Positions 1-13,695 of a stretch of 64,000 nucleotides of DNA are shown here, piece after piece (within the stretch, counting starts at the first letter, position 1; each line of letters opens with the position of its first letter). The position numbers and the translations under genes are program-made. Below the pieces are notes generated by a model. That model saw only the letters and a program-made list of their open reading frames with translations. It searched no databases and was not told the origin of the DNA. The DNA lies in assembly GCA_010909165.1 (NCBI GenBank), contig VJWM01000044.1:1984001-2048000 (forward strand). Reading direction: 5' to 3'. Origin of the DNA: Anthoceros angustus (Eukaryota > Plantae > Anthocerotophyta).

Positions 1-1081
1 CCCGGAAGCAGGCTGGTTGCTGCGTGACAGATCACCCCCGAGTCCTTGGACGAAGGATTCTGCCTCCGCCTCTCAGCAACCTCACCTTCCCTGCTCTCGG
101 GCACGTCGGCGTCTGAAATACTCCGACATCCAGCCCGGTCAGTACACCCACCTCCACACTGCAATGCGCAACCATGCCTACACTCCAAATCCAGCTCTCA
201 CCAGCTGATGCCCGCGCCCCCCGCCAAAGCCTGCCGGACACCAGCCTGCTGCTGCCAGTGCTACAGCTCCTTGGCGCAGCAGCGTCGAGCCGAATCCAGT
301 ACTTCCGGAACAACACCACCAACGGCCTGGCCCTGGCGCAGCCGTGGCCCTCGCTCACCTGGTGCTTCCCTGCCAAAATCCTGGCCAAGCTGCGATTCGG
401 CGCGCAGCACGCGCCCGACATTGCGCCGGCTCCCGCCTCTGCACGCCAGGCTTCAAGCTGAGCCAAATCAGCCGCAGCAGTCGAGTGCCACAAGGTTTCT
501 GAGCGGCAATTTCAGGCTCCCATGCATTCGAATGAGACCAGCTCGCTCTTCGCAGATCCGAGACGATAGTGTAGTGTTTTAGGGCTCCAGTCGACGGAGC
601 GTGATTCGAGCTGGCGAGCAGCTTTGGCGTGGTATGCATGTAGATCTCGGACATGGTAGACAGCGCCATGGTGCTGTTCTTGACTGGTACCACATGTTCG
701 TGCGGGGACGAGTGCAGAACCAGTAGAAATGAGGAGAGGCAGTGGCGTGGGCGGCGGCTGGGCGGCCTTGATCCTCCGTGACCGCAATTCCAGTCCACTG
801 AGATGTCTCGAGCAATGGTTGAGACGTGGGTCCTCCGTCTGCCCCGCTGTGGAGCAGTGGAATTGTGCGGCTGGTCCCCGTGAGTACTGGGTGCTCTTGT
901 GATGGTATTGCAGGTGTTGCCGGCTCTCAAATTCTCACGTTTGCCGGCTTGCAGTGCAGCCAGGTGCACGGCAGGCTTTGGGGGACAGGGTTGTGGGCAA
1001 GCGCTCAAAGTGGGGCAGCACGCTGGATGAGGTGATCCATGCGCCTTCGAATTTGTTCTGTTATGGAGTTGCGTAGGCTTC

Positions 1082-3536
1082 ATGGGATCTGAGGCGGTGC
1101 GTGAATCTGTGCAGACGGGGAATTGGAATGGTTATTTCGCGGATTTCATTCGGAGCACAGAAAGGGACTCCATGTGGATTGGGTCGGAAAATGCAGGAAG
1201 CTTGCTGGTGTCACGAATTGCTGGACTCGGGGCATTCCATCGGCCTGGTTTCGACCCTGGAGGGTTGCGAGAGGGCTCTGGCAGGTTTTCTTCCAGCTTC
1301 TTGTTTCTTCGTAATTTTCGCCAGCTGTGGTGTGTTGTAGCATGAGTGGAAGGAAAGGCTGGCTTAACTCGACGGCTCTCACCATTGCAGGGAGGCCATT
1401 GAGGAAGAAGTGTTAGTGATTGGAGCTTGGAATGAACTGTGCGAGGAGAGGGGGCTGTATTGGGCCGTTGAAGTGTTGGACCTCCTGGTTCAGCGATTCG
1501 GATCTCAAGTTCCTGCGTCTTTTTTCTACTGTGTTCTCAAAGGGTGCATCGCGCAGAAGGATTTGGCTGTTGGCAAGCGTGTGCATGCTCTTGCTCTTAC
1601 TAGTGGGTATGAGTCAAATAGTTTCTTGGCCAACCATATTATCCGGATGTACGCTTCCCATGGCAAACTGGAGGAGGCAATGCTAGTGTTTGATAGGGTG
1701 GCTGTGCCCAGCATTTTTATGTGGTTTTCAGTTATATCAGCACATGCTGAGCAGGGACTTGCAGCACAAGCCCTCGAACTATATGGACGGATGCAACAGG
1801 CGTCTGTGAAGCCGAATAACTACGTGTTTGTGGCGGTCCTTAAGGCATGTGTGAACGCACGAGATTTGGCATCTGGCAAGAAAGTGCATGCTGATGTCTT
1901 GGGACAGTTGCTTGAGGCCAACGTTTTTGTCGGCAGCAGCCTAGTGGACATGTATGTCAAATGTGGTAGCTTAGAGGATGCTCAGACTGTGTTTGACAGA
2001 CTACCTGCCAAGAATGTGGTGACATGGAATGCCTTGCTTGGCGGATATGCAGAGCGAGGGCTCTGTCATGAAGCCCTTACTCTACATGCTAGGATGCAGG
2101 AGGAAGGCAAAACTTTAGCTAATCGTGTCACATATATGTCCCTTCTGAAGGCGTGTGGCAGCATCGGAGCACTACATGAGGGCAGGCAGCTTCATTCTGA
2201 AATTGAAGGGTCGGAGCTGGAGGCTGATGTTACTGTTGGAAATTGCCTTGTGGATATGTATGCAAAATGTGGCAGCCTAGAGGATGCTCGCAGAGTGTTT
2301 GACAGTATGCCGACAAGAGATGTGGTTACGTGGACATCCATGATTGGAGGATATGCTGAGCACGGGCTCGGGCAAGAAGCCCTTAGTATTTACAGCTGCA
2401 TGCAAGTGGATGGCATCACACCAGCCAACCGCGTGACCTTTTTATGCCTCCTGAAAGCATGTGCCGATGTGGGAGCTTTGCATCAGGGGAAGCTGCTTCA
2501 CTGTCAAATCCAGGAACAAGGTCTAGAAGCGGATGTGGTTGTTGGTGGTAGCCTAGTGGACATGTATGCAAAGTGTGGTAGTTTAGAGAATGCACGCAAA
2601 GTTTTTGACAGACTACCCAGACGAAATGTGGTGACGTGGACTGCTTTGTTGAATGGCTACGGCCAAGCTAATGACAGCCAAATGGCAATGCAGTGTTTCC
2701 AAGCGATGCAGAGGCATGGGGTTGAGCCTGATGAGTTCACTTTCACATGTCTTCTTGTGGCATGCAGTCATGAAGGCCTTGTGACTGAGGGTCAGCAGTT
2801 TTTCAGGATGATGGTGGAACGGGGCATTAGGCCCAATGTCTATCACTTTAATTGTATGGTTGATCTTCTTGGACGGTCTGGGCGCTTACATGAGGCAGAA
2901 CAGACGTTGCGATCTATGCCCTATCATGATGATGTTGTAGGGTGGTTATCTTTGCTAAATGCCTGCAAAAGCCATGGTGATGTAGATTGTGGAAGGCGAT
3001 GTTTTGACCATATTACCCAGGCTGAGCCTCAGAATTCAGCGGCCTATGTGCTGTTGGGTGACATATATGCCAATGCTGGTAGGTGGAGGGATGTGGCAAG
3101 GATAGAATACTTGAGGAAGTCTGTAGGTGCTTACAAAATGCCCGCTAGGGCCTGGATTGAGGTTAACGACAAGGTTCACACCTTCGTTGTCGGGGAAGAC
3201 AGAGACGATGTTACCTCCAGGATCAGGAGTGCGAATCTGCGGTTGGAGGAGGATAGTGGCGGTGAACCACGGACGGAGTTGGTGCTGAAGCAAGACTACA
3301 AAGAGAAGGAAGATCCCTTGTGTGGTCATGCCGAGAAACTGGCATTGGCGTTTGGTCTGCTGAATACTCCACACGGCCAAACTTTGATAGTTACTAAGAA
3401 TCTCCGAATGTGCAACAATTGTCATGATGGCACCAAGATCATGTCTAAAATTGAGAAACGTGAGATCATCGTCAGAGATGCACATCGCGTACACCATTTT
3501 GTTGATGGGTTCTGTTCTTGTGGAGATAAGCATTAA
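1082..3536 (+). CDS. PLS-class PPR protein with E1/E2 and DYW:KP-type deaminase domain (organellar RNA editing factor); predicted exons 1082-1284 and 1391-3536
   Basis: 708-aa ORF with repeated P-L-S motifs (LVDMYAKCGSLEDARRVFD, DVVTWTSMIGGYAEHG) and E motifs. The C-terminus reads KMPARAWIEV...HAEKLALAFG...CNNCH...DGFCSCGDKH. An in-frame stop lies just upstream of 1391 and there is no nearby ATG; a phase-compatible intron GT(1285)..TTGCAG(1390) links to ATG 1082. Exon 1 is less certain than the rest. Confidence 0.93.
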
Positions 3537-3856
3537 AGAACGGCGGTTATCAAGCATGAGAATGTGCCGCAGGATAGACAGTTTCTTTGTTGACTGCTGT
3601 GTAGACCGCCCACCATTAACTGATGGGGTAATAACGTAGCGCTAAAGGGAGACAGCGGCATAGCCCCTAAACGACCTCTCCTATTTTTCAAGAAATTTGT
3701 GGTTTCTAATTCTTTGTAAGCGTTGTAGGCAGACATTATTTCCGAGAAAATAGGGTAGTGCCAAGCTCTCCTCCGGGGGCTTTCGAACAAGACTATGGTT
3801 GCCTTCATCGGATCGGAATTATAGTTTCGATTATGAAAGGAACCTCCTCGGAGTTC

Positions 3857-4045
3857 CGGTCGGGATGTCCTTCTTTGGCCTCTTTCAAAATGTTCTTGGC
3901 ACGGTCGGGATGTCCTTCTTTGGCCTCTTTCAACATGTTCCAGGCACAGGCTCAGGGGCAAAAAATGTTCCAGGCACGGGCTCAGGGGCAAAATACATGT
4001 GCGGATGCAAGAGGATCACTTGTGCGGATGCAAGAGGATCACTGC
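3857..4045. repeat. Cluster of short local tandem duplications (~43 bp x2, ~28 bp x2, ~22 bp x2)
   Basis: GGTCGGGATGTCCTTCTTTGGCCTCTTTCAA twice; TGTTCCAGGCAC(A/G)GGCTCAGGGGCAAAA twice; TGTGCGGATGCAAGAGGATCACT twice. Confidence 0.85.
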
Positions 4046-4354
4046 TAGTCACCGGATGGGGCCGGGATGCTCGGGCCCTCGCATGCGTGAAAGAACGGGA
4101 TGAAAATGCATCCACCATTCATCCAAGAAACCGACAATCTCCCAGATCTGCCAAGTTGTGTTACTATCTCCTCTCTTCAGCCTGTCATTAATGGCCATGG
4201 CAGCTACATGCAGATGAGGAAGCGGTGTAGGCGGGTTCGAGATGGTGGCCGGTGTAGAGTTGGAAGACGCTACCATGACGACGATGGCGATCTTGAGATA
4301 TGGTAGAGTGGTTGGCGGGGAGATGAGAGGCAAGCAGGCCGAGGGTGGTTAATA

Positions 4355-4892
4355 CAGTCCACCCCCCCTAATTGGGACTGGTTCGGAGTGCCTTTAGAGG
4401 TCCCATTAAGGGAGGTGTCCCGATTATATTTTCCCTATTTAAAAATAATAAAAATATTATAAAATCTAAAAATCAAAAAATCAAAAATATCCAAAAACAA
4501 AGAAAATTTTAAATTTTGATTGATAGGTTTCACTAAAAATAACTTTTACCACTTTTCTATATAGTTGTTTGAAAGCTAGCGCTTTCTCTAAGCAACATAA
4601 AAACCTATACCTATCATAAAGGAAAAGCTTAGCTTAAGAGTCTTCAATCACACCTAAAAGTCTATTGTGCTCAAATAATCGATTCTTTTTCTTTCTTTTT
4701 AATTTTTAGTAAAAAAAATAAAAATCCTATTTAGGGAGGTGAAACTAACATGAATGTATGTTTCAAAAGGTCCCAATTATCATTTAGGGAAAAATCCCAT
4801 TTATTACATTGTAAACTAAAGGGAGTAGGATGGGAGGTCCCATTTAGAGAGGAATCCCATTTATAGAGTTCCCAATTAGGGGGGGCCGACTG
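4355..4892. mobile_element. 538-bp MITE, Tc1/mariner-like (TA target duplication)
   Basis: Left end CAGTCCACCCCCCCTAATTGGGA versus reverse complement of right end CAGTCGGCCCCCCCTAATTGGGA (21/23 match). TA flanks both sides (4353-54, 4893-94); AT-rich non-coding interior. Confidence 0.85.
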
Positions 4893-4990
4893 TAGGTAAG
4901 ATGGATGGAAGGGCGGGCGCGGAAAACTAGAGATTAAGCATTAAAGATGCAGATTTGGCAGGTAAGTTGATCCACACACCAAAATGAGTA

Positions 4991-5322
4991 CCGTACCCCG
5001 AGGTGTGATTCGGTGTTAATTAATTAAAATTAGTAAAAGTTAAAAATTTGGAAATTATTATACTTTAAATATTGAATATATAAAAATTTATGAGTTTAAG
5101 ATGCCAAAAACAAGGAAACTAGGGTTTGTATGGAAAATTAGGACCTGTTTAGGGGAGGTCTATACATATTCATTATTTTTATATATATACCTATGTATTT
5201 TAATAAATTTTAAAATTTGATAAATTTATTTTTAGTAAATATTGAAATTTTGAAAAATATAAATATTTATGTTGAACCTTATTTTTTTCAAATATCTTGT
5301 TGAAGCACCCTTTGGGGTAAGG
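4991..5322. mobile_element. 332-bp MITE, Tc1/mariner-like (TA-flanked, degenerate TIRs)
   Basis: TA-CCGTACCCCGAGGTGTGATTC versus reverse complement of right end TA-CCTTACCCCAAAGGGTGCTTC (18/23 including TA); very AT-rich interior. Confidence 0.7.
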
Positions 5323-5529
5323 TATTATCTTAGTGAGGTGGATTAGCTTTCATTGGTTTACTGTTTTTTCTTCCGTCTCACAAAGCAGGTTTAGCTCTCC
5401 TCATCCCGCTGGAGGACACTTTGTTACACGTTAAATAAAGCTCGAGTTTATCACCAAAAAAATCGGGACATGCTCCTCATCGAGGTGAACCTTGTAAGTG
5501 CACAAGACAAGTGGCCGTCTTCCATTGGA

Positions 5530-6428
5530 TCTTACTTTTCATAGAAATGTGAGTACAGCATCTTCAGGGCATACTCCCGGACCAGCGTCACGCTATTGAA
5601 GGTCCACACCGCCTGGAAGATGTCCAGGTGCCTGTCCTGCACCAGCTCCTCTGCCTCCGCCAGCCAGGGTCCAAAATCTGGATAGCGCATGGTGACAATG
5701 TTCTTCTCTACTAGGCGCCAAGGCTCCCAGACCTCCGCCGCCTTCTTGGGTCCCATATTCGCGCGCTGGCTGGTGTGCTGCTGTGAGGTGGTGGGCGACA
5801 ATGCTCCCGTTAAGTTCCGCCGCGATAAGCGCTCAGTTCGGAGGCGATAGCCGCCCGTAGGTGCGCTTGGGCATCGGAAGAGATAGCGCCAAAGAGCGGG
5901 ATGCCTAAGCACAAGTGATCGCGAAAACTGTCGGGAAGTCGGTCGAGAGAATGGCCTTCTCGGTTTCAACGCTTGGATCAAGCGCGGAGGACGCCTCACG
6001 CCTGTAATCGCGAGTCTTGCATCGTGTACTCTAGCCTTACGCCGCCGCCGCCCTGGCGCATGTACTTGGGTCGTGGTTACCTGCCCATAACGGGCGCTGA
6101 CAACCCTGCGGTCCTGGTCCGCTGCATGTCCGTTCTCCTCTCAGCTCCGTCCACGTGGCCCCCTTGCCAATTGCGCTCCATCCCTTTCCCGAAGTTACTT
6201 TTCCTGGCGGACTTATCACGGCCTACTCCGGAGTTCAGTCTGGAGCGGCCTACTCCGGAGTTCATTCCGGAGTGGCACTGCGGAGTTTAGTCCAGAGTGG
6301 CCTACGCCAAGGTTTCCTGCTACCCGCCCTCATCACTTCCTATCGCCCATCACCATTTCCTCTTTTCACAACCTTATTTCCCTTTCCCGCCTTATTTTCC
6401 ACTCCACACTAACGAAAAAAAAAAAAAC
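5530..6428. mobile_element. Probable degenerate transposon remnant: short minus-strand ORF, ~25-bp tandem repeats and a terminal poly(A)
   Basis: Minus ORF MGPKKAAEVWEPW...TLVREYALKMLYSHFYEK resembles retroelement accessory ORFs only weakly. GGCCTACTCCGGAGTTCA repeats at ~6220-6300; pyrimidine tract followed by an A-run at ~6416-6427. Confidence 0.3.
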
Positions 6429-6431
6429 GGT

Positions 6432-7115
6432 TTATTACCTTTCTAAGGGGGAGAGTCCGCAGTCCACAACGCTGTTCGCGATGTGATATTTTTGTTGGCA
6501 AAGGAGGGAGGCTTCTTTCCTTACAGGGAGCGCCCTTATACTCTGCCTAACGGGGGCGAACCTTTTTTTGGCCTAGGGGGACCAGGTTTTGGTTGCCACT
6601 AACCCTACTCGGGATTCCGTCAGTGAGCATGTGATCCTCAACCCTCCGGGGTGGGCGGCGGAGGGATGTGCCACAGCGAAGGTTCGTAAGTACTCTCCTA
6701 TGGAGCAGGGGCATGCCTTCATCCCCCTCGCCATCGACATCCATGGGGCCATGGGCAAGGCCTTATCTAGGTTCCTTAAGACCTATGCCAAGGAGGACCA
6801 CACCTGCAGGAATGGGGTTGGCCTCCCTCTTTCATGTATCCTGGCTTTCTACAGGCAACAGGTGTCTATTGCCCTGCAGCGCGCATTAGCCAACATAGTG
6901 TACAGGACGACGACAAGCGCAGGGCAAGCGGCTTCTTCAGCACTGATGGTGGGTAGGCCCTTTCACATCCCCGATTTTTATATCCTTGGTGCAGTAGGCA
7001 GTTACAGGATTGGCGACAACGGGGGTTAGTGCCCCATGGTCTGGTGCCCTCCTAAGGGTTGTTCCCCCTTCTCTTGGGGTAAATGGGGTTTTACATCTCT
7101 TTTTCATAATAAAGT
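6432..7115 (+). mobile_element. 5'-truncated, degenerate non-LTR retrotransposon 3' end with restriction-enzyme-like (REL) endonuclease (CRE/R2-like group)
   Basis: Reads GGESAVHNAVRDVIFLLAKEGGF (degenerate zinc-knuckle tail), then after a frameshift VATNPTR...AAEGCATAKVRKY...FIPLAIDIHGAMGKALSRFL...RQQVSIALQR, typical REL-domain motifs. AATAAA at ~7109. Confidence 0.75.
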
Positions 7116-7646
7116 CTTCAGGTGTAGTCCAAGACTATTGATGGATCTCGGCATCCCTTATTGCATAAGGATTTTTAGTACCCTTGGGTTTAAAACAATG
7201 CGGTCTCCATTGTAATGAAATAGTTAAACTTCCTCTTGCCACCATTCATCTAGTTGTGTGGCAATTGGTGGTCACTCATAACTTTTTCTTACTTCTTTAA
7301 GAGATGGGCCGTGAGTATTTCTTCTCCAATTGTGTGGTATAGTGGTACGGTATAACCATGCCCAATTTTAATCCGGATCATGTGATTGTGTGCATCTTCT
7401 AAAACTTGTTCGCATGTATGCCAGGGTGGAGGGCGAAGTTGTGAAGTTTTTTTTTAATGATAAATTTTATTGCATTAAAAAAGCCATTACAAATGCGCCT
7501 CACTTCTTGTGGTAAATGTGTTACTTGGCACTTAGTCTCATATCAACTAGCATACAGGAGATCCTACTGTTGTGTAGAGCGTATCCAAAATGCTCTACTA
7601 ACATGCAAATGGAAGGACCTTCGAGCCCCTAAAGCCCTTGTCAATC

Positions 7647-7995
7647 GCTTATCCGAAATGCTATACTAGCATGTGAATGAAATCGCTTATCCAAAGTGCT
7701 ACACTAGCATGTGAATGAACGGATCCTCGAGCCCATCAATTGTATCATCAGTACATGTTAGTGATTCAATGCATATTGACATCTTTTTAACATGCCCAAC
7801 TTGTCCCTAATCTTTATTTAAGTTAAAATTTAAAAATAATTGGCGGAGCTTCATTCCGCAACTGTATCCCCTTATTCCCTAAACCTCGAAGGTCTTGGAT
7901 CGAGACTTTGGACTTACTTTTTCTACCGTAACTAATTCATAGAAATTCAAAAAATAATTCATAGAAATTCAAAAACTAATTCATAGAAATTCAGA
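7647..7995. repeat. Two small tandem repeats (~38 bp x2 at ~7647-7720; ~23 bp x3 at ~7934-7995)
   Basis: AATCGCTTATCC(G/A)AA(A/G)TGCTA(T/C)ACTAGCATGTGAATGA twice; TAATTCATAGAAATTCA three times. Confidence 0.8.
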
Positions 7996-9125
7996 ATTTT
8001 CCGTTTTTATGCCCACGCCGAGGTGGGCGTGGAAAAGAAGGGAGCGCGAGGTTAAACTGCGGCGAGCAAGGGGAGGTGGCATGGTCCAAGCGCGGTAGAT
8101 CGTGCCATGTTGGCTGGACATCGGGATGTCCACAGCGTATCTGCATCTGCATCCACATGTGAGAAGAAAATGACGCGCAGAATTTACACCAATACCGACA
8201 TACCTGGATCTCCGTCCATTTGGGTAAGACGTGAAAGGCTTACGAGATGGATGGGCATTGGACACAGCGAAGCCTGGAGGAGGAGATGACTGCGGTAGGC
8301 GTGGAGGTGGCGCGGTGGGCGGAAGTGGGCGAGCGGGGCCAGAAAATGTTGGAAGAAAACAGTTGGTAAACAAATATGTAGAAATTCCGGGCGTGGTTTA
8401 AAAATTCCCTGTGCGGGAGGCGGGGTGCGGGGTGCGGGGGCGTTGAGCACGTTGCTCTGCGGTACGAGGTGAGGAGCTTGTATGGCGCAGCCTCCATTCC
8501 GGCGGACTCTGCGCTACGCCGCGCGCCGGTCCTGACGCACAAGCCACTGCGCTCTCTCCGTCCCGCGGGCCGGAAATCAGGGACGCGACGAGGCCATACC
8601 GGTGGAGAGACTCTGCAGGCCAGCCCACGGGCCTCCAGCCCTCCACCCGCTCCCGGCCCAGCGCGCTGCCGGGATCCCTGGGTCCCTGGATCTGCTCTGC
8701 TCGTCGCTGCTCGCCCGCGCGGGCTCGGTGCTCGGTCTGGATCCTGCCCGGCCATGGCCGCGCCGCTCTCGCACCGGCGCTCTCGCTCGCCCTGGGCCGC
8801 GGCCTCGGCGCAGCACGCGAATTCGGTAGCTCCGCTGCAAGATCCCTAGAGCCTGCCATGCGGGGATTCCGACTCTCTTCTTGGAGCGGCAGGGGCAGGG
8901 GCAGCGGGCTGGGACTGGGGCTGGGGCTCGGGAGGCGGGTGCTTGAGGCGCAGGCTGGGGATTGCGTCCGAGTGTGGGAAGGCGGCAGGAGAGCATGAGC
9001 GTGCCTCGCGTGGGAGGCGGATCTCGGCATTGGCGCCGCGGGCGGGACTGGGGCAGGGGTTGGGTTGGATCGCAGATCTAAGGGCGCCTCGCGCGGCTCG
9101 GCTGGCCCCGGATCGCGCCATCACC

Positions 9126-11322
<2,197 letters not shown>

Positions 11323-12534
11323 GGAACGTCAAATAATTTGTGCCATCAGGACAGCAGTCCTCTGACTGCTCCAGAAAAGCTGCGAGTGAAGGAATTGGGA
11401 ATCCGTGGTTTTGGCAGACTAATCCGGAGGTCGGAGTCAGAAAGTCGGGATGTGCACACCAGACTCATTAGTCGTAGCTGGAGGAAAAGCTGCAGCGATT
11501 GAGAGCAGCAACAAATTTTTCTCTCCGCCAAGCTTTACCCGCTCTGGCCGAGGGCCTGCACAAGCTTAAAATTGAGAGACTGTAATTGTACTTATTCCAG
11601 TATATAACTTTGTTTCCTTTCATCATGTAGCCACTCGTCCGCCGGCTCGCTTTCCTTGCCGGGTCACCTCGCTTCGCTCATTAATTCCTCTTTTCCTGCC
11701 TCATGCCTCAATTTTCGTTTCCGGGTTAGAAAAATACCGAAAATTACCCGATCTGTAGGGTAGCCCCCGAGGCAGGCATATAACCAATCCCCTAGGGGAA
11801 AGTGCTCCTAACTCTGTTGCTCTTAGAGACTGGAGTGCCGCGCTCTCGATACATGCATGTGAGCAGGCAGTCTCACAGCCAGAGCTTGTGATAGAATCTT
11901 CCGTGTCTTCAGCACCCCTGCTGCGGTATGCTCCGCCCCCGCCTCCACCTCCGCCTCCTGCTTGTTGCATGTGCTCCTGCAAACCGAAGAGGGGCAGAAT
12001 TGGTGGGGTTGAAGCTTAAGCTTGTTTGATCCCTTTCACTCTCATCTGCGTGGTGAGTTTTTTGTTTGGCTTCGGTTTGGCGGATGCAGGCGCTGCGTCA
12101 CTGCGCTTGGCCCCCAGCCACCCTGAGCGTGTGGAATTGGAGCCTCAAGCCTGGTGCGACTCTCATCTCATGCCCTCTACTATCCTGCTGTTGCCTACGT
12201 GCATGCTGCGTGCCGTGTTCCATCCGGCGTGAACTCTTGTCGTGCTGCTGAAGCTTCTGTTCTGGTTGCCTCTGCTTTGCGTGACACAAAAGCTAGTTGG
12301 CTCTGGGGTCCTCGGGGAGCTTTGAGTCGGTATTCCGAAACGACAAATTCTGTGCGACATATGAGGTCAGTATCTGCTGAGAAAACTGAGGTACGGCCTG
12401 GCATGGGTTGTGTTATTCTATGTTACTGTCGAGCTGACTGGATGCATTGGGGAGTTCTGCGATTGTTTGGCGTGCTAATTGTGGATTAGTTTGTGTTGCA
12501 TCCCTACCGGCTGGCCGAACCTAGATCCGGCAAG

Positions 12535-13419
12535 ATGAGTCAGGTTCCGAATTCCTACTCAAGCGCAGGTGCACATTACCGTCGTAAGCTTAGGCACCTC
12601 GGTGCACCGACGGTGCCGAGTATGGTGTTCGCAGCAGCAACTGTTCTGCTGGGTGTGCTGGCTGCCATAGGCGGCTTACGCCTTCCGTACGCCTCCTCAT
12701 TCTTTTGTCCCGTCATCAGGGCCCAGCGCCTGGTCCGGGGCCAGACTGTGCAACAAATTGTCTCACCTCTCCAAGCCTTGGTCACGGAAAATAATATTAA
12801 GGAGCTGCTAGGTGAAGAGGACCGAATTCTGGTGCAGAAGATTAGCGACCAGTCCAGCTTGGAATTCAAGACCCTGCTCATCTCCGAGACAGTTGTCCCC
12901 AAAGACTCTGCAGACAAGCTACTGGACTTCGTCAAGACTCAGCTGCTCGCCAAGGAAGATGTCATCGCCCCTAAGCAAGCGGCTGCGATTCTGGAGATGG
13001 TTCGTCTGAGCCCTCGGGAGTCCGTTGTGGAAATCGAGGCCATTGGGGACAGGGGCAGCTTGAGTAGCTCCATTGCTCTTGCTCTCATCAAGCAACACGA
13101 GGATAACATCCACTACATGCTGGTGGCTGTGAAGGCCGAGCCGCACTTGGGAATTTGGAAGCGTCTCTCTCAGGCAGAAAGGAATTCGTGGAACGGGGTC
13201 ATCTCGAAGATGTTGAAGGAGAAAGTGGCCTTGGAGACCAACCACTACCTCAAGCATGGCAACGGTCGCGCGGTGGAGCCCATCTCTGACGTGCGGAAGC
13301 CCGCCTCTGAATTGCAGAAGACCATCCCTGTCCCTGAAGATCACAAGCCCGCCTCTGAATTGCAGAAGCCCATCCCTGTCCCTGAAGATCACAAGCCCAT
13401 TCCTTCGGATGAGGCGTGA
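12535..13419 (+). CDS. Hypothetical 294-aa protein with an N-terminal hydrophobic segment and C-terminal 16-aa repeats
   Basis: Long single ORF with GC3-rich codons. Hydrophobic stretch VFAAATVLLGVLAAIGGL; repeat KPASELQK(T/P)IPVPEDH x2. Upstream splice signals at ~12053, 12088, 12389 and 12524 suggest 5'UTR exons. No family recognised. Confidence 0.6.
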   Translation: MSQVPNSYSSAGAHYRRKLRHLGAPTVPSMVFAAATVLLGVLAAIGGLRLPYASSFFCPVIRAQRLVRGQTVQQIVSPLQALVTENNIKELLGEEDRILVQKISDQSSLEFKTLLISETVVPKDSADKLLDFVKTQLLAKEDVIAPKQAAAILEMVRLSPRESVVEIEAIGDRGSLSSSIALALIKQHEDNIHYMLVAVKAEPHLGIWKRLSQAERNSWNGVISKMLKEKVALETNHYLKHGNGRAVEPISDVRKPASELQKTIPVPEDHKPASELQKPIPVPEDHKPIPSDEA

Positions 13420-13695
13420 CGTACACGCACATTTCTGGCCCATTTCTGGTGGCAACTGTATGTCCAACCGGAGTTGGGTTGTCGTACATAGCTAGCTAGG
13501 TAGATTAATCTCGTTCTAGGCTACAGATCTTTTAAACATCGTGGCTAAGAAGGCCGTGTACATTTTGGCATGACTGTTTGTCAATGTGTTTACGTTGTTT
13601 CACCGTAATTAGATCATCAATTGTTCTACTCGGTTTGGAGACCTAGCCAAGTGTTCGAGCTTCGAACTTTCGCAAGACGGGCTGACAGTCGATCG

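Noticed and set aside
1-1083. Possible minus-strand gene end (ORF 355-1083, VKNSTMALSTMSEIYMHTTPKLL...)
   Set aside because: The codons look partly coding-like, but no family is recognised and competing frames are equally plausible; it cannot be supported without context to the left.
3560-3800. Minus ORF segment AWHYPIFSEIMSAYNAYKE...CLSCGTFSC resembling a piggyBac C-terminus
   Set aside because: Too short and degenerate; no TTAA/TIR structure or upstream DDD region seen.
8184-9100. Multiple overlapping ORFs upstream of UGE; similar sets at 25.9-27.3 kb and 58.5-59 kb
   Set aside because: GC-rich promoter/5'UTR islands with few stop codons; the products are low-complexity Arg/Pro/Ala noise.
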